From: Botryllus schlosseri
Lineage: Eukaryota
DNA length: 64,000 bases
Assembly: GCA_051294905.1 (NCBI GenBank)
Contig: CM119371.1
Span: 27,590,001 to 27,654,000, forward strand
Direction: 5' to 3'
Of this stretch, positions 50,801 through 63,073 are shown in pieces; positions within the stretch are counted from its first letter, which is position 1, and every line of letters starts with the position of its first letter. The notes beneath the pieces were generated by a model. That model had not been told where the DNA came from, searched no databases, and saw only the letters and a program-made list of their open reading frames with translations. The position numbers were made by a program, and so were the translations under genes.

Positions 50801-51001
50801 GTGGACGTTAGTATGGACGACGGGCTTAGTCTTCATACGACAAACACATATTCGTCCTCGGAAATATCAAAGCAAACATCTGAGGACTACGGGCGTGGCC
50901 ACACCATCCCCAAAGAAGTAACGACGGGGCATGCTGAGGACGTTTCGCTTTTATCGCGATGTGATCCGATTGGTGGGAATGATTCTGGTGGTGTCCATTG
51001 A
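41896..51001 (+). CDS. LRR single-pass transmembrane receptor, paralog 2 (9 coding exons, 675 aa)
   Basis: Exons 41896-41990, 42553-42731, 45555-45710, 46052-46228, 46546-46724, 46810-46901, 47432-47566, 49223-49370, 50135-51001. Splice sites are canonical and phases match paralog 1; total 2028 nt open; the indels are net frame-preserving (3 nt in exon 2, 21 nt in exon 9). Signal peptide MNSYVPFRLLPAFFLLHLWVAMALA; TM WLLVGILGGVVFAILLMFSVCFVY. Confidence 0.93.
45110..45480 (+). mobile_element. Penelope-like retroelement 3' fragment (GIY-YIG C-terminal region) in intron 2 of paralog 2
   Basis: SAIGRHLLDKPACVKIYRENRFRVLGMGRSHLHLCALESTFIKIRQPRLCQQK matches the typical PLE endonuclease C-terminus (SAIxxHL...F.IL......L..LE...I....P.L..Q); absent in unit 1. 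Boundaries are approximate. Confidence 0.75.
45427..45460 (+). ncRNA. Degenerate minimal hammerhead-ribozyme-like motif of the PLE
   Basis: ACCC-CTGACGA-GTGTCAGCC-GAAC-ATA-GTC-GGGT: stem I ACCC/GGGT, CUGAnGA core and a GUC site, but one A of GAAA is missing. Confidence 0.45.
47638..48567. mobile_element. MITE family X in intron 7 of paralog 2
   Basis: TIR TAGAGATGGTGTGAAC / GTTCCCACCATCCCTA; perfect TSD TCCATTAC (47630-47637, 48568-48575). Confidence 0.92.
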
Positions 51002-52719
51002 AACCGTATCATTGCCGGTATTGCTTATACATCAGAACTGCGAAGCAGTCAGGGTCGCTTCGGGACACTGCAGTAACATCGGTCAGTGAAGCTGGGGCGA
51101 TAACATAACACTTACACCATCTGCTCCGCCGATCGCTAGCTTGTAAGTATACTTGCAACTATGTTGATCGACTCAAACCTTAGCAAGCGATTGCTGGCGA
51201 TCGAATGGGTTTGATTACGATAACACTATTGCGGCGATCCATTGTAAATGGGGGCAAGTGTCGCACTATACACAAGTTTTAATATTACGTGCTAAACATG
51301 TTATCAAAGTCCAACCACTTTGGTATTTTTTAAACGGAGAGAGTCACCAAGTTCAATTATTTTACCATGCATTTTTATTCTACTTCATAGAAGCAACTGA
51401 TACTTCTCAATTTTGTTACATATTGCTGCGCGCGAAAAATGCACTGGGCGCTAAATGGCGTGGTCTAACTCCATGAAAGTTAACAATAAATTGGGCACCA
51501 CTGCTGGTTTGGAAATTTCAAACAAGCAGAGCTTTCATGCATCTGCTTTATTTATCTTGTATTTTCAGCCGTACATCTCTCCGTATTACATAGGGTGAAA
51601 CACGGACTGCCATCGAGTGCGTCGTCCCGTGCATTTTTATACTCTATTATCCGTTTTCAAAAATTAAGTGAAACTACAGTTGCCTTATAGAAGTATTGAG
51701 ACACGCGTCAATCCATTGAAATACCCAATTTGGATCTGCAATGCCTGTTGGTCAGCCGTATATTGGATTGCAATGTTTCAATGGTTCCATCACTCGCTTT
51801 TCACTTGCACTTATCATGCGCCCAATTGTTAGCGAGCGAAGTTAGATACCGTTAATGTACCTTTGAAGACATTACTACAAGATTATTCCATGCGTGTAGT
51901 AAGCTTCACGGTATACGAAGTTGATATTTTAATTTGTGCTTAACTGCATCATATTACCTACTTATACATCAGTTAATTGGTTGCAAGTTCCTCTCAAATT
52001 ATTCAATCTACGCATTGCTCCAAAACCTAACTCGGCCAATTCCTTTTATTATGCAACTCAATGAGTAGTACAAACTGTTCACATATATACGCATGCAATT
52101 TCTGACTATAGTTTAAACTTTGTCGAATCTTATCTATGCACGTGCTCGTCGATATATACAATATCCCCATAATGATCGATAGAGCCACACGAACATGATA
52201 CTTGTACAATGTACATAGTGATGTTTTCATTTCATTCGTATGTCTCTGTCTTAGGTAATGGGGGATTTATTCGTATGTTATTGACTTGAACAATTTGAAT
52301 ATTTTTCTCTTACATTTACACATCGCACGTAATGCGACCTGGATAATTACTTTGGACTCGCTATTTAGTATTTTCATCCTATTTCGTGCATTGCAAAAAT
52401 ATAAGTATTCTCATAGAATTCAAGATCTGTTTCAACCGAGGCTACAGTACATAAAGGTTTATTCACTGGTGGTTGAAAGTTTAGAATTAGGGTCAGGCAA
52501 AATCGATTATACCTGAGTGATTCGATGTTTACATCTTGATGTTTGTGATATTCATGATGCTTTCTGGCTACTATGGTCATTTATAACAGGTCGAAAATCT
52601 TCATTATCATTCCGTTGTTGCTGCATTATAGCACGGTCCACTTCTAGGCTGTTTTAAGACACCACTTACGCAGACCAGGTGGCAACGTGGAGCCTAGATA
52701 AACTATCTACACTTGGGAA

Positions 52720-52785
52720 AGGATTCTGGAGTCGAACCCGCAATCAATTGATGCTGCAGCTGTTAATCATACCACAAGCTATCCA
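52720..52785 (-). other. Degenerate tRNA-like / SINE head (counterpart ~27770-27835)
   Basis: Minus strand has an A-box-like TAGCTTGTGGTA and a B-box GGTTCGACTCC; a cloverleaf is not supported. Confidence 0.3.
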
Positions 52786-53027
52786 TTTGCATCTTACGAC
52801 CCCGATTAGCAACTTGGCCAACATCTCCCAGGGCCTCACCTATTACGAAAATAGACATCATAAGTCGAATACGTCATGGCTCGTCTGATGGCGGGTGGAT
52901 AATCACTGTTGGAGTCGAGTTCTGTATTACAGTATCATTCAATACGACGTCACACAAGAGAGACTTACCGGCCGAAAGCATATAAAATCTTTCATGTGAC
53001 TACCACAAAGTGTTGCATGCTATATTT

Positions 53028-53915
53028 CAGTTGTCGGGAATCTATGGCTCGCGAGCCATATATGGCTCTTTTGGGTAAAAGATATGGCCCTTTGCCAAAT
53101 ATTCATTTTTGTACTGAATTGATCAATATTGCAGCGACTTGTTGGTAAATTTTCAAAATAATTATTCTCGTGGCAGTATAAACATGTCTTTGAGAGGTAA
53201 CGACAATGCCGTTTTCAGGTTTAGAAGCTCGGACCCCCTCTTTTCAAAATCATCAAATCGCGAATTCTATGTAACCGGCTCGAAATCTTTAACTGTGCGA
53301 TACGTTGATTAATCAAAGAGCATATAGCAGGCATGGCCACGCCCATTTCAATCCGTAGTTTTCAAATACACATTGCCTTCCTGATCCACGACGCGAAGTG
53401 AGCTGTTGTGGATGTGACTTTCACAATTACCAACTTGAATTACAAACAAAGCCATAGCTATCCACGTGCTTGATTGGTAAGTAGCTCTGTGTAGTATACC
53501 GGCGATAAAATGTAGACGTGTAGCGCAACGTTATGTTACAGCCGAATACTTTTGAGATTTGAGAGGTCGATAAGTATTAAGATTTTCGGAATCAGTGTGG
53601 CAGTCACATTTGATTAATATCAGTTATAACAAATTCTAAGCTACTTACGATGAATTATCAATGGTAAGGCTTGGCCCGTCTGTGCCTTACCTCTCGTTTC
53701 GAGCTTTATTTTCGAACGATAAATACCAGTTTTTACAGAGTAAATATGGCGCAAACAAAGAAAACCATGTAGTGAGTTCGAATTAGTGCTACCATGACGT
53801 CACGAATTTTCAATTGTGACGTAACAGTTGATTGTCATGTATGGCTCTTTAGGAGTTGAGATGGAAAAAATAGGGTCAATATGGCTCTTCGGACAAAAAA
53901 GGATTCCGACCACTG
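53028..53915. mobile_element. hAT(Buster/Charlie-like) MITE in the third block
   Basis: TIR CAGTTGTCGGGAATC / GATTCCGACCACTG; perfect TSD CTATATTT (53020-53027, 53916-53923); empty sites at ~300 and ~28627. Confidence 0.9.
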
Positions 53916-54047
53916 CTATATTTGATACAGAACATAGAGGATGTGTTTCGCAGTCAAAAACGACGACACAGGAATACTGTTATGATGGTGCTGATTGTCA
54001 GACCGTGCGTTCCGGTAAATTTTGTGTCCGTGGAAAAGTTCTCCCTT

Positions 54048-54440
54048 GTTGGCGTAGTGGTGACGATAAGCTCCTGCTACCCGGTCGGTCATGGTTCGAT
54101 TTCGCGTCGAAGGTTTATCTGCGCTGCGCTCTTTCCCCGCGTCGCTGTTCTCACGGCGACAAAAAAGAACAGGAAAAGACCCGATGAAAGAACGCGCTCA
54201 CAAGGAATGGAAAAGAGCAAGAAAAAGGCACGGAATAGAGATTAACATTAAAAAAGAACTCTGACATCGGACATTTAGCCGAGGTGGATGCCAGTTGAGA
54301 GTCCGTAACTGGTCGTTCAGCATCCTCCTATATGTTCTTTACATCGCATTGCACTTGTGTGTGTCTTGATCAGATGAAAATAATATCTGCTGATTAACGA
54401 TCAACGATTGACGATTAATGAATAACGATTAACGATTAAC
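54048..54440 (+). mobile_element. tRNA-derived SINE with (ACGATTA)n-like tail
   Basis: A-box TGGCGTAGTGG (54050-54060), B-box GGTTCGATTTC (54093-54103), tandem ACGATT(A/G) tail at ~54395-54440; absent at the equivalent sites (~428, ~28758); no TSD seen. Confidence 0.6.
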
Positions 54441-56392
54441 CGTTGCTTCCAATATCGAGATCAGAAACGTGGACTTGTCAATCTTTCCCACCGATATAAG
54501 GTTTGTATTGGAGGGTTGGGCCGCACGAGTTCTACGCTGATGTCGTAATGGCGGCGTTAACCAATTCACACACACATAGTGAGTATGTGGGACCGTGGAA
54601 ACATTGCTAAGCATGTTTTAGGTCCCTAATTTTGAAACGAAAATTCTGTAGGCTAGTTATGCACTATCTTAACTCAGAGGAAGGTGAATAGCAGTATACT
54701 ACCTTCCTTGGCATGCGGACGTTTGTGGTCATGTTTAGTTCAAACCGGAACTGTCGGGTGCCGTAATGTTTACGTCAACTCGCGCTGTCTATTTTTGGCA
54801 ATATTTCTTTTAACGTCGACTAACGAAATGCCAGATCAGGTAAGCGACCATGCCGTTACCTGCGATTTTTATGAGAAAAAGTAAACGGAAAGCCCCAGTC
54901 GTTCAGCTATATCTATATATGTTGGTGTTGCTTTGCTCGTCGGAATTTGGTTGATAACGACAGGTGCAATCGACCGTCAAGAATAAATGAAATCACTCAA
55001 GCGTGTCATAAATCAGCGGTTGCAAAAGATTTGCAGAAACAAGATGGATTTTAAGAAATCCGGTAAACAAAAATAGATCATTAATAATTACCGCCTGTAA
55101 CGACATGCGTATATACGCTCGGGGATACGGTGTCATATTGGGGGAATCACTGTATTAGCGTCAGTGCGGTAGTACTGCGTTCCGTTGCTGACAAAAATTC
55201 ACGTATTTAAGGAAACGAAGCCTATGGTGGCTCATGAAACGAGTAAAATACGAATTGCATGGGATTTGGAAGTTATTCGTACGCTTAAAAGTTTATTGAC
55301 AATAAAAAAAACTATGAAATCATGATAACAATACCCAAGGTCAATGATCAATGTGTGTTACGAATGACATATAGCTGCGTTAATGTTCATGTTCAATTGT
55401 TCATGCCCGTCTGCTCTCCCTGTTAATTATTGATAGCAAAAATAAAACTGGTACAAGGAATATGTATATAATAGTCAGCGACTACCTAAAAACAAAACAG
55501 GGCAACAGTATAGCATCACAAACACTAATCTCATTTGAATGTCTGAATATTGCAACGCGCGAATATTCAAATACAGAGTCTCTATGCTCGGTATTTGAAT
55601 ACCGGTTCAGCCACACGCTCTCTATAATTCTAATTCCCCTTTATTTATATCGAAACAAGTTGTTTCTGGCATTAGGACACGGTCAATTGGTCTTTTAACA
55701 TTTCGAATCTCAACCAGTCAAGAATTGTCAGTCCTCAGTCGCAGTCGAACCAACAACCGATACGCGCTTAAGTGGTTGAACATTCTACTACGCTATATGT
55801 CGACTGCAACGATGCACCTGCTTCGTATTGAGGAACGTGTAAATCATGTCGGAGGTCAGGATGGGTGGTAAATGCGATTACGACTAGTAACGGGAAGAAT
55901 GATTCGTGTATTAATTGCACGATCCGAGTGAGATAATTTTTTCCGAGAACCCAAGGTGTTGCCATTGCGAGTTACTTTCTGAACGACATAATTGTAGTTT
56001 CGATATTTACTTTTCATCGCGGAATTCTTTAAACCTTCGCAGCACCTAAAACATACTGCAGTATATCACAAAACGGCGCACGTTAGCGAAAGGGGCATTG
56101 CTGTGAAACATTAATGGGCCAGCAGCATTATCAAAAAAGCGCGATGAAAATAACATGGTAGAAAATACAAACTCATCTTCAATCTAGTCATCTCGTCATC
56201 CGGTCTTCCATCGAACACTTCACTCTAAATTTAGAAGTGTTGTTCAACCCGGAAAATTGAACACGAAACGTGATCCAAAATTGAACACTTAGAAGTGTGG
56301 CGAGGATTTCATCTCGGGAATTCGCTGGACGTCAAGACACACACTCAAATCATACATATAACTTGTGACCATACGCCAGTCATGGTCATTAT

Positions 56393-56617
56393 TTACTGCA
56401 AATAATTGGGCCTTGGGAGTGTTGTGGTACGCCGGGGAGGTTGGAGGTCTAAATCGAAAACCCATCCTTCATAAATGCCAATTAGCTCTCCCATATTTAT
56501 GAGTTCATTGGCAGTGAGCAATCGGTATGAAGTTATTGCGCTTCGACCGGACAACACGACGGCACAGAGAACAACAGGGAACAACAGGTGCCACACTGAT
56601 TTGCAATCCATATTCAT
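56393..56617 (-). CDS. Candidate small secreted protein or first coding exon
   Basis: MNMDCKSVWHLLFPVVLCAVVLSGRSA... has a signal-peptide-like n/h/c structure; 74 codons; possible CA|GTAAAT donor at its end. No homology recognised. Confidence 0.3.
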   Translation of the reverse strand: MNMDCKSVWHLLFPVVLCAVVLSGRSAITSYRLLTANELINMGELIGIYEGWVFDLDLQPPRRTTTLPRPNYLQ

Positions 56618-56913
56618 AATAATATTGTCGTTTCGTATGAAATTACAATTCAATTGTTTTGTTTTCTTAACACCTTGTTGACGCACAGCTGATTTTGTGC
56701 ACCAGTAATCTATAGTGATGTATTAGATGTGTATAGTTAGATGTTCAATGTGGTTGAATTCTGATTTTGAGTTAGCGAATCTTTGGTGTTCCGCAAAGGC
56801 TTGGGATTAGCGAGAATTCTCCACAGGTCATAGTAAAAGTTAACAACACCTGGTCTAGTGTAACCGGCATTATAGTTGATTCATGGTCGTGTGATGTCGT
56901 GATCAACCCACAT

Positions 56914-57262
56914 TAGGGTTGCATTTAAAATGAAAATCAATTTAAAACAAACATGTTTAAAACAAGGCCCTTGTTAAAAACATGTTTTTTTGAAGCCATG
57001 ACGTCACGAATATTCAATTGATATTGACAATTGAAAATATAGGGAAAATTTAGCTCCTTTGACGAAATATGTGTACTATTGCTGTTGAACCGATTATTTG
57101 CGGGTTTCAGCCGTCCCATATCGATATACGTCGGCTATATCGGGCGGTAATTGTCCGCAGGCTCATACAACATGTTTTTTGGAAAGTATTTACACAATTA
57201 TGGCATAATTTCGCAACTTGAAAAAAATTTTTTTAAAGGCCTTTGTTTTAAATGCAACCCTA
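56914..57262. mobile_element. hAT-type MITE family W
   Basis: Perfect 17-bp TIR TAGGGTTGCATTTAAAA; TSD ACCCACAT / ACTCACAA (6/8). Confidence 0.85.
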
Positions 57263-58449
57263 ACTCACAACATTGTCACAAAGTGTGATGAAGTACGCTA
57301 TTAGAGAAATGAATGTGTATTCACGCACACTCAAAGGGCCGAAAATAGAACCCAAGTCAGCATTACATCGCGGTTATAAATCCTGCGTTCGTACGTGCAT
57401 ACCTTCCTACGTTCACGTGCACTTCGTGGATGAATAATTTGGATTCAAATGTTGTGCTCGATACGGCGGTTTACATCAGAGGTAGGTTCTGTTTTATAGA
57501 GTGATATCGATGTACAACCGTATATTCACACCAGTATATCAGAAGTTATAACCGGATGGAAATACACACACCCGAAGAGTCTAGTTATGGTCGAAAAACT
57601 TAATAAATTATCCACCATGTGATGTAGAACCGGCTTTTATTTTCTTTGTGGCAGCATAAAACTTTCCAAGTCATCCATATTTATATCTCGCCATTATGAG
57701 TGTTAGTGGCGTACTGGACTTGACTAAAAGCATAATACAAGATGCGAAATCGATTCGATCAGGTACTCGATGATGCACAGCCCTATAATCACGACCTTAG
57801 CAACCAAACTTTATCACTCTCATTTTGCATACTATCATACCGCATCCGTTTGTAGGTCGCAGTCACCATTAGAAACCAACAACATTGCGTACGTAGCTAG
57901 GTCGCGTATCACGCATTTGCAGAAATTCAATCGCAATGCGCACAGTAAACAAATCCCCGATAAAGTATGCGAACCTCCCTCGCCGCTGCGGTTAAGTCCC
58001 GGAAGAGAAAAGATAATCATCCCGACGAATCTCACGCCGTTAAACCAACAGTGTCGTAACACGCTCGTCACAACCCGACAGGAGAACTCGCAAAAGTTCA
58101 AACCAATTTTGAGGGAATGATAAGACTCTAAATAATCTCATAGAAGAATCGCTAAGAGTTCATAAACCGAGGTAGAACATATCACCAACGACATAATGAA
58201 GTTGTGAAAGCGAAAGCTATATATATATTATATATATCCGATTGAAGCAAGAAGGCAGCCGCGGGCAGGCGTCAAGGTCTCATCAGCGCTGAAACGTATT
58301 CGATGTGACAGTATCGCTTCTAGATTCACGCGTTGACGAGGTCATTTCCGCAACGCCATAATGTTGTACATATCTAGATGAGGAGTGAGCATCTTTTAGG
58401 CACAATGTCGCAGACTTGGAAAACTAGAAAATGTTCTGCCTTTCCAGAG

Positions 58450-58720
58450 TATATTAGAATTACAGCTACAAAATCGTTTTCCAAATATGAGTAGAAGTAT
58501 AATTATAGCTGTAGTTATTTCTAAATATAATTAAAATTAGAATTATAGTCACACAGTGTTTTTTTTTCGAATTAGATTAGAATTAGAATTACAGCTACAA
58601 AGTGCTTTTTCCATATGAGAATAGAATTAGAATTATAGCTACACAGTTATTTCCATTTTTTAAATTAGAATTATAGCAACACAGTGTTTTGTTAGATTAT
58701 ATTAGAATTAAAATTACTAA
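58450..58720. repeat. AT-rich degenerate minisatellite (ATTAGAATTATAGC-like)
   Basis: Repeated TAGAATTA(C/T)AGCTAC units; probably subterminal repeats of an eroded TIR element. Confidence 0.6.
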
Positions 58721-60079
58721 AATCGGAAAAACTTAGTAATTGAATCAAGGTCCGTTAATATCAAATCATGGCTCACTCTTATGGGCATGAGAATAGCGAA
58801 TGTCTGTACAGCAAGCTTGGCTCGTTTCGCGCTATCCGCGTCTCCTGTAGCATTTATAGGAAGACCAGAAATCAGCTTAGAATAGAAATGGAAATAGAAA
58901 TATGAACATTTCACAAATAAGACTATAATTAAAATTAAAGCAATGGATGATCTCACAAATCAGATTACAATTACATTACCTGCATTTCGCTCTAATTACA
59001 CAACTATAATTATCTAACTGTCCAAGTCACCAATGTAGTTGCTACTTTCGAAAGCGGCTGATGGCGACACAGCCAGCCGCAATGACCGACTTGTCAATTA
59101 TAGTATGGAATTAGTGAAACTTCGAAATTGAGTCAGCCAAGCAATGTTGCTACGAAGGTGGATTCAAAAACACCAAAAGGGTCCAGTTGTCAATAATCAA
59201 ATTTTGCTGTAAAGCGGTTTGGATTTGGTTCGATACCAAAGCATTTCGCGAGGGCAAAATGTGACCTTATCGCCAAAGAAAAGGTCAGGGATTCATCGCG
59301 AAACTGAATAACATTCAAGCAAATATGAAAGGGCACAACGGCGATGTCGTTTCAGGTGGAATATTAGGAGAGCAATCTATTAAATATGATAAACCTGATT
59401 TATTCCTGTCGACTAGGCATGATATAATTAGCGCATATGTTAGCGCTGTAATTAAACTAATAATTGTATGTACAAGTGCAATCTATGGATCATGGCAATC
59501 ACGCCAAACTTACTTCAAGAGGAAAATAAAATTAAGGACAGAAAGGATTCATTGAATCGGATTCGGCCATTTCTGGAATTTACGGTGCATCTTCATGACT
59601 ATCGCAAAATAGCTAATGATCATGACCTTACTTCACGGAAATATGTTGAGTTACTCAGATGCAAACAAGTTTGGTCCACTTGTTATGACAATTCCTATCA
59701 AAGAAGCTTTGCAAACGTATGCCCAAACTGCTATCTACTTTGCAAGATCTACATTAAGTAGTAAGTAAATAGTTTCGCCTAAAAACCTGTGGAGTATAGA
59801 AGGGAAACAGTCTAAAATCACGACTTATGTGAGTAGTGCAACCAGGCTTCTGAAAAGTACAAGTACTTCGTTACTGACTACATCTGCATGACCGACCTGC
59901 AACTTTGCCTTGGTTTAAATGCGGTCATACGATTTGACTATCTCGAAACGTGAGTATATAATGTAGTCAGTGGCGTAGCAGCCACTTGCCGGTTCTTGCT
60001 CTGTGCCAGGGGTGGTAAAATGAGGCTGCACAGTGCACAGTGAACACAGCGAGATGGCTATTTATGCTTGTGTCTGAAA

Positions 60080-60259
60080 CTTCGCATTGGTATCTCAATT
60101 GCGAGCTGTGGGAGGAGTTTCTCAAAGTATATACGTTCTACCATGAATGATAATCGGCTATCAGATTCTTTCCATAGAACGAGACTACCTTAAAAACATG
60201 ATATTCAAGATGTTATCGCTGGTTTCCATTCGTCGAAAGCGCGAAAAGTTCAATTGTGA
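60080..60259 (+). pseudogene. Decayed hAT transposase C-terminal dimerisation domain
   Basis: Across frameshifts: LRIGISIASCGRSFSK-YIRSTMNDNRLSD-LSIERD-DIQDVIAGFHSSKARKVQL* (cf. hAT ASxERSFS...RSTM...RL..L..LSIE..KARK). A CAGTGGCGTAGC hAT-like end lies at ~59968. Confidence 0.65.
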
Positions 60260-61892
60260 GGCGGCCATTGATCTTTTATTCGCCTAATACGTTTGTTCTC
60301 CATTTTTTGTCTTTTGTTTTCGGCCTTAACGCTGAGACTGAGAGGCTTCTGTCGCAAGCAATATAGAGCTTCTGACACGCGGCACATAATTTGTAATTGC
60401 TTGAACATTAAAATGTTTCGAAAATTCGCAGCAGCAGGCGGTATTTTCAGCGAAAGCCAGAGGTGGCAACATATATTCTGACGCAACTGAATTTAGTCGC
60501 GTTGACTATACAAATATAATATTTGATGTTATTCGTAATGCTGGTTGAGCTGTAACAGTTTAGCAATACGCAAATTTCCATTCAGTATTATATTAATTAG
60601 GGGAATAATTTCTTCTATGAAATCACTTCGACTGCGTCCGAGGGATTTTAACCTACATGTAGCCTAGTTATATTTGAAGGCGCCACACGCAGCCTACTCT
60701 GTTTCCCAACGAACATAGAATTGCAGTCTCGCTGATGAACACAACAGAAAAGGCTGCATCCATTTGCGTCACTCGTGCAATCCCTCCGGTGCCATGACTA
60801 CGATGCAAAATAAGGATAAACATGGAGGTGTGACGGAGCTAATCGAAACGAAACTATGATCTCGGGTACGCAGATCGAAAAATCATACTTCGCAGCAATG
60901 CAAATGTTTTAGTTTGGTTAGTTGCAATTTGGAGATTACATATGGACAATGGACATGGACACTTTGTTACGTGATACCTCTCGAGTTCAGATTGACTTTT
61001 CAATACGGCACACCCATAACGTACGTTGTTCTTAATTGGCTCAAAGGAAAAGTCATTGAATTTTTTGCTTCGTCAAAATCGCCATTGGGATGATGACATA
61101 TTCAGAAATATTTCGAATCAAACCCACGGGTTCATCACAACCCGTACATGTAGAATATATTTGGCCTATAGTAGGCAGGTAGTAGGCCGCGATTCACTGG
61201 TTATATGAAGTCTGCGGTATTCGAGTATCTCATCAGTAAAGTCATCAAACCCCTCTAGATCGCGTTAGAGTTGCGAGCAGCCAACTGGTAGATATCAGAG
61301 TCGACATTCGCTGCTAACAGCTTATCGCGATGTGCTTCTCGTCATCCTATTATGCTTTACGCGACGACAATAAAATTATTCGTGCACAGCTGCACATGAG
61401 GCGGAGATAAGCCCTGATTTGTATCAATAAATAGATTTATTCCGGACTAAACGGTATTTGGATTTATGATTTTCTTTGGCTTGTGATAATATAGTATGAA
61501 TTTGCATTTGTATATGAAAATACTATATACGCCCATGAGTTTCCAATGCAGTAAACACAACTTATGATATTAAAATTGCAGAGGATCAAAAATTAGCTTG
61601 TGTTCTGTAATAAATGCATATGGTGAGAAGCGAGCTCATCAAGCTGTAGCATGGTAGTTGCAACATCTCACTATGCAGCGTGACCATCGTTATTTACGGT
61701 GTGTTCATGGTATGAACCCGTTAGTGACATCACCGGCAGTTATGATCCATTCCAAAAACTCGAACTCATAGATATATTTACACCGCAAGAACAACGGCGG
61801 GCTTCACTTGGCCATGAAAACCGCGTCTCCATTTCTATGAATCATTTAACGTCCGCGGAGCGTTCATGACACTTTTCCAGGATGATAAACAT

Positions 61893-62312
61893 TAGGGTCA
61901 CCATATTTTGGAATCGGTAAAGGAGGATACTTTTTTAAAATTTTCAAACCCAGAATTCCGGAGAGAAATCTCGAAAAAATGGTAAATTTTTCTTACTTCG
62001 TGGTCGGTTGATTTAAAAAAAAGGTCAACTTTCTCGCTCAGCGTCCGAAATACAGTTTTTTCCTTCACGTTTACATAGGGGGTTGACTAAAAAAAGGTCA
62101 TTTTCCGGCTCAACTCCCGAAACACCCGTCGGAGCTATACTTTGGTGCTCATTTATGGTATCTCACTCCAATTTGACAGTAAATTTGACCAAAATTCTCA
62201 AAAAATAGGACAAAATCTCAAGAAAGAGGACATTTGGGCGTCCTCGGAGTACATTTTTAAAAACCTGAAAAGGAGGACAAATCCTCCTAAAGGAGGACGT
62301 ATGGTAACCCTA
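61893..62312. mobile_element. hAT-type MITE family Z
   Basis: TIR TAGGGTCACCATA / TATGGTAACCCTA; TSD ATAAACAT / GTATACAT (6/8). Confidence 0.83.
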
Positions 62313-63073
62313 GTATACATAGGCAGAGTAGACATCGATGATACTCTGTAACACCGTAAATTTCTGTACTCATGTAATAGTAGAAGTGGCGATCTTCAAG
62401 GTCAAAACTGATTCATATGGAAGTTGAGCAGCCCGTAGTCAGTTTCCAGTCGTTCATGATAATGTGGCCCGCGCTCACAGTCCGTCGCAACCACCACGGC
62501 CCACATTTTCTCTTACTATTACTGTTTTTGGGGATAAAGGGAAAATACAGAACATTCTCAACCCGGAAATTCCGAGTGGCATTCATATCTGGCGTTTTTA
62601 GGTTATCTCTTTGAACACGTACACGAATTGAAAAACAGACTATAAGAGAAGTGCTCTTTTACTCACGGAATGTTCTCAACAGTGACGGGTGAAGCTATAA
62701 CTGCTTTCTGGCCAGCTCAGTCAGAATACCAGGACACACTTTACAGATATCGGAACTATGGCACTCCAGATGATGACAACCTGATACCTGCACAATACCA
62801 TGAATTTGGTCATCGTTTTGCTGACTGTGAGAAACTCTCTCCTGAGTTTGATATCTTAAGCCTTACTTAAGGTTTACGTTAAATACGATTTATTGCTTGT
62901 ATAGGTGGATAAATGGGCCTACGTGATTAATGCGTAGATTCAGGAATCCGGCCCTCCAAGTACTTCATTTTCCCATATCAGGCCCGCCGGCCGGAGAAGT
63001 TGCCTAAGAGGTGCTAAAGTAGCTGGTTTAAAATAGTATTATTTAGTCGCGTGGACGCATACTTCATGCAGTT

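Larger units (their letters stand above)
28326..52960 (+). repeat. Tandem segmental duplication, unit 2
   Basis: Colinear with unit 1 (e.g. 8112~31766, 12188~36612, 15829~41896, 26114~51001, 27700~52660). The right boundary is approximate. Confidence 0.95.
52961..55230 (+). repeat. Partial third copy of the inter-unit block (more divergent)
   Basis: TTTCATGTGACTACCAC (~52991) matches ~273 and ~28598; CGCTCGGGGATACGGTGTCAT (~55116) matches ~5691 and ~30518. Similarity stops near 55230. Confidence 0.85.

Noticed and set aside
57335-57365. Minus-strand GSIFGPL resembling an RT motif
   Set aside because: No correctly spaced (Y/F)ADD motif; too short to support a call.
60732-60750. CTGATGA...GAAA hammerhead-like core
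   Set aside because: No helix II closure, no stem I/III pairing and no retroelement context.
62670-62870. 66-aa ORF with an acceptor-like start
   Set aside because: No recognisable motif, partner exon or paralog; insufficient evidence.
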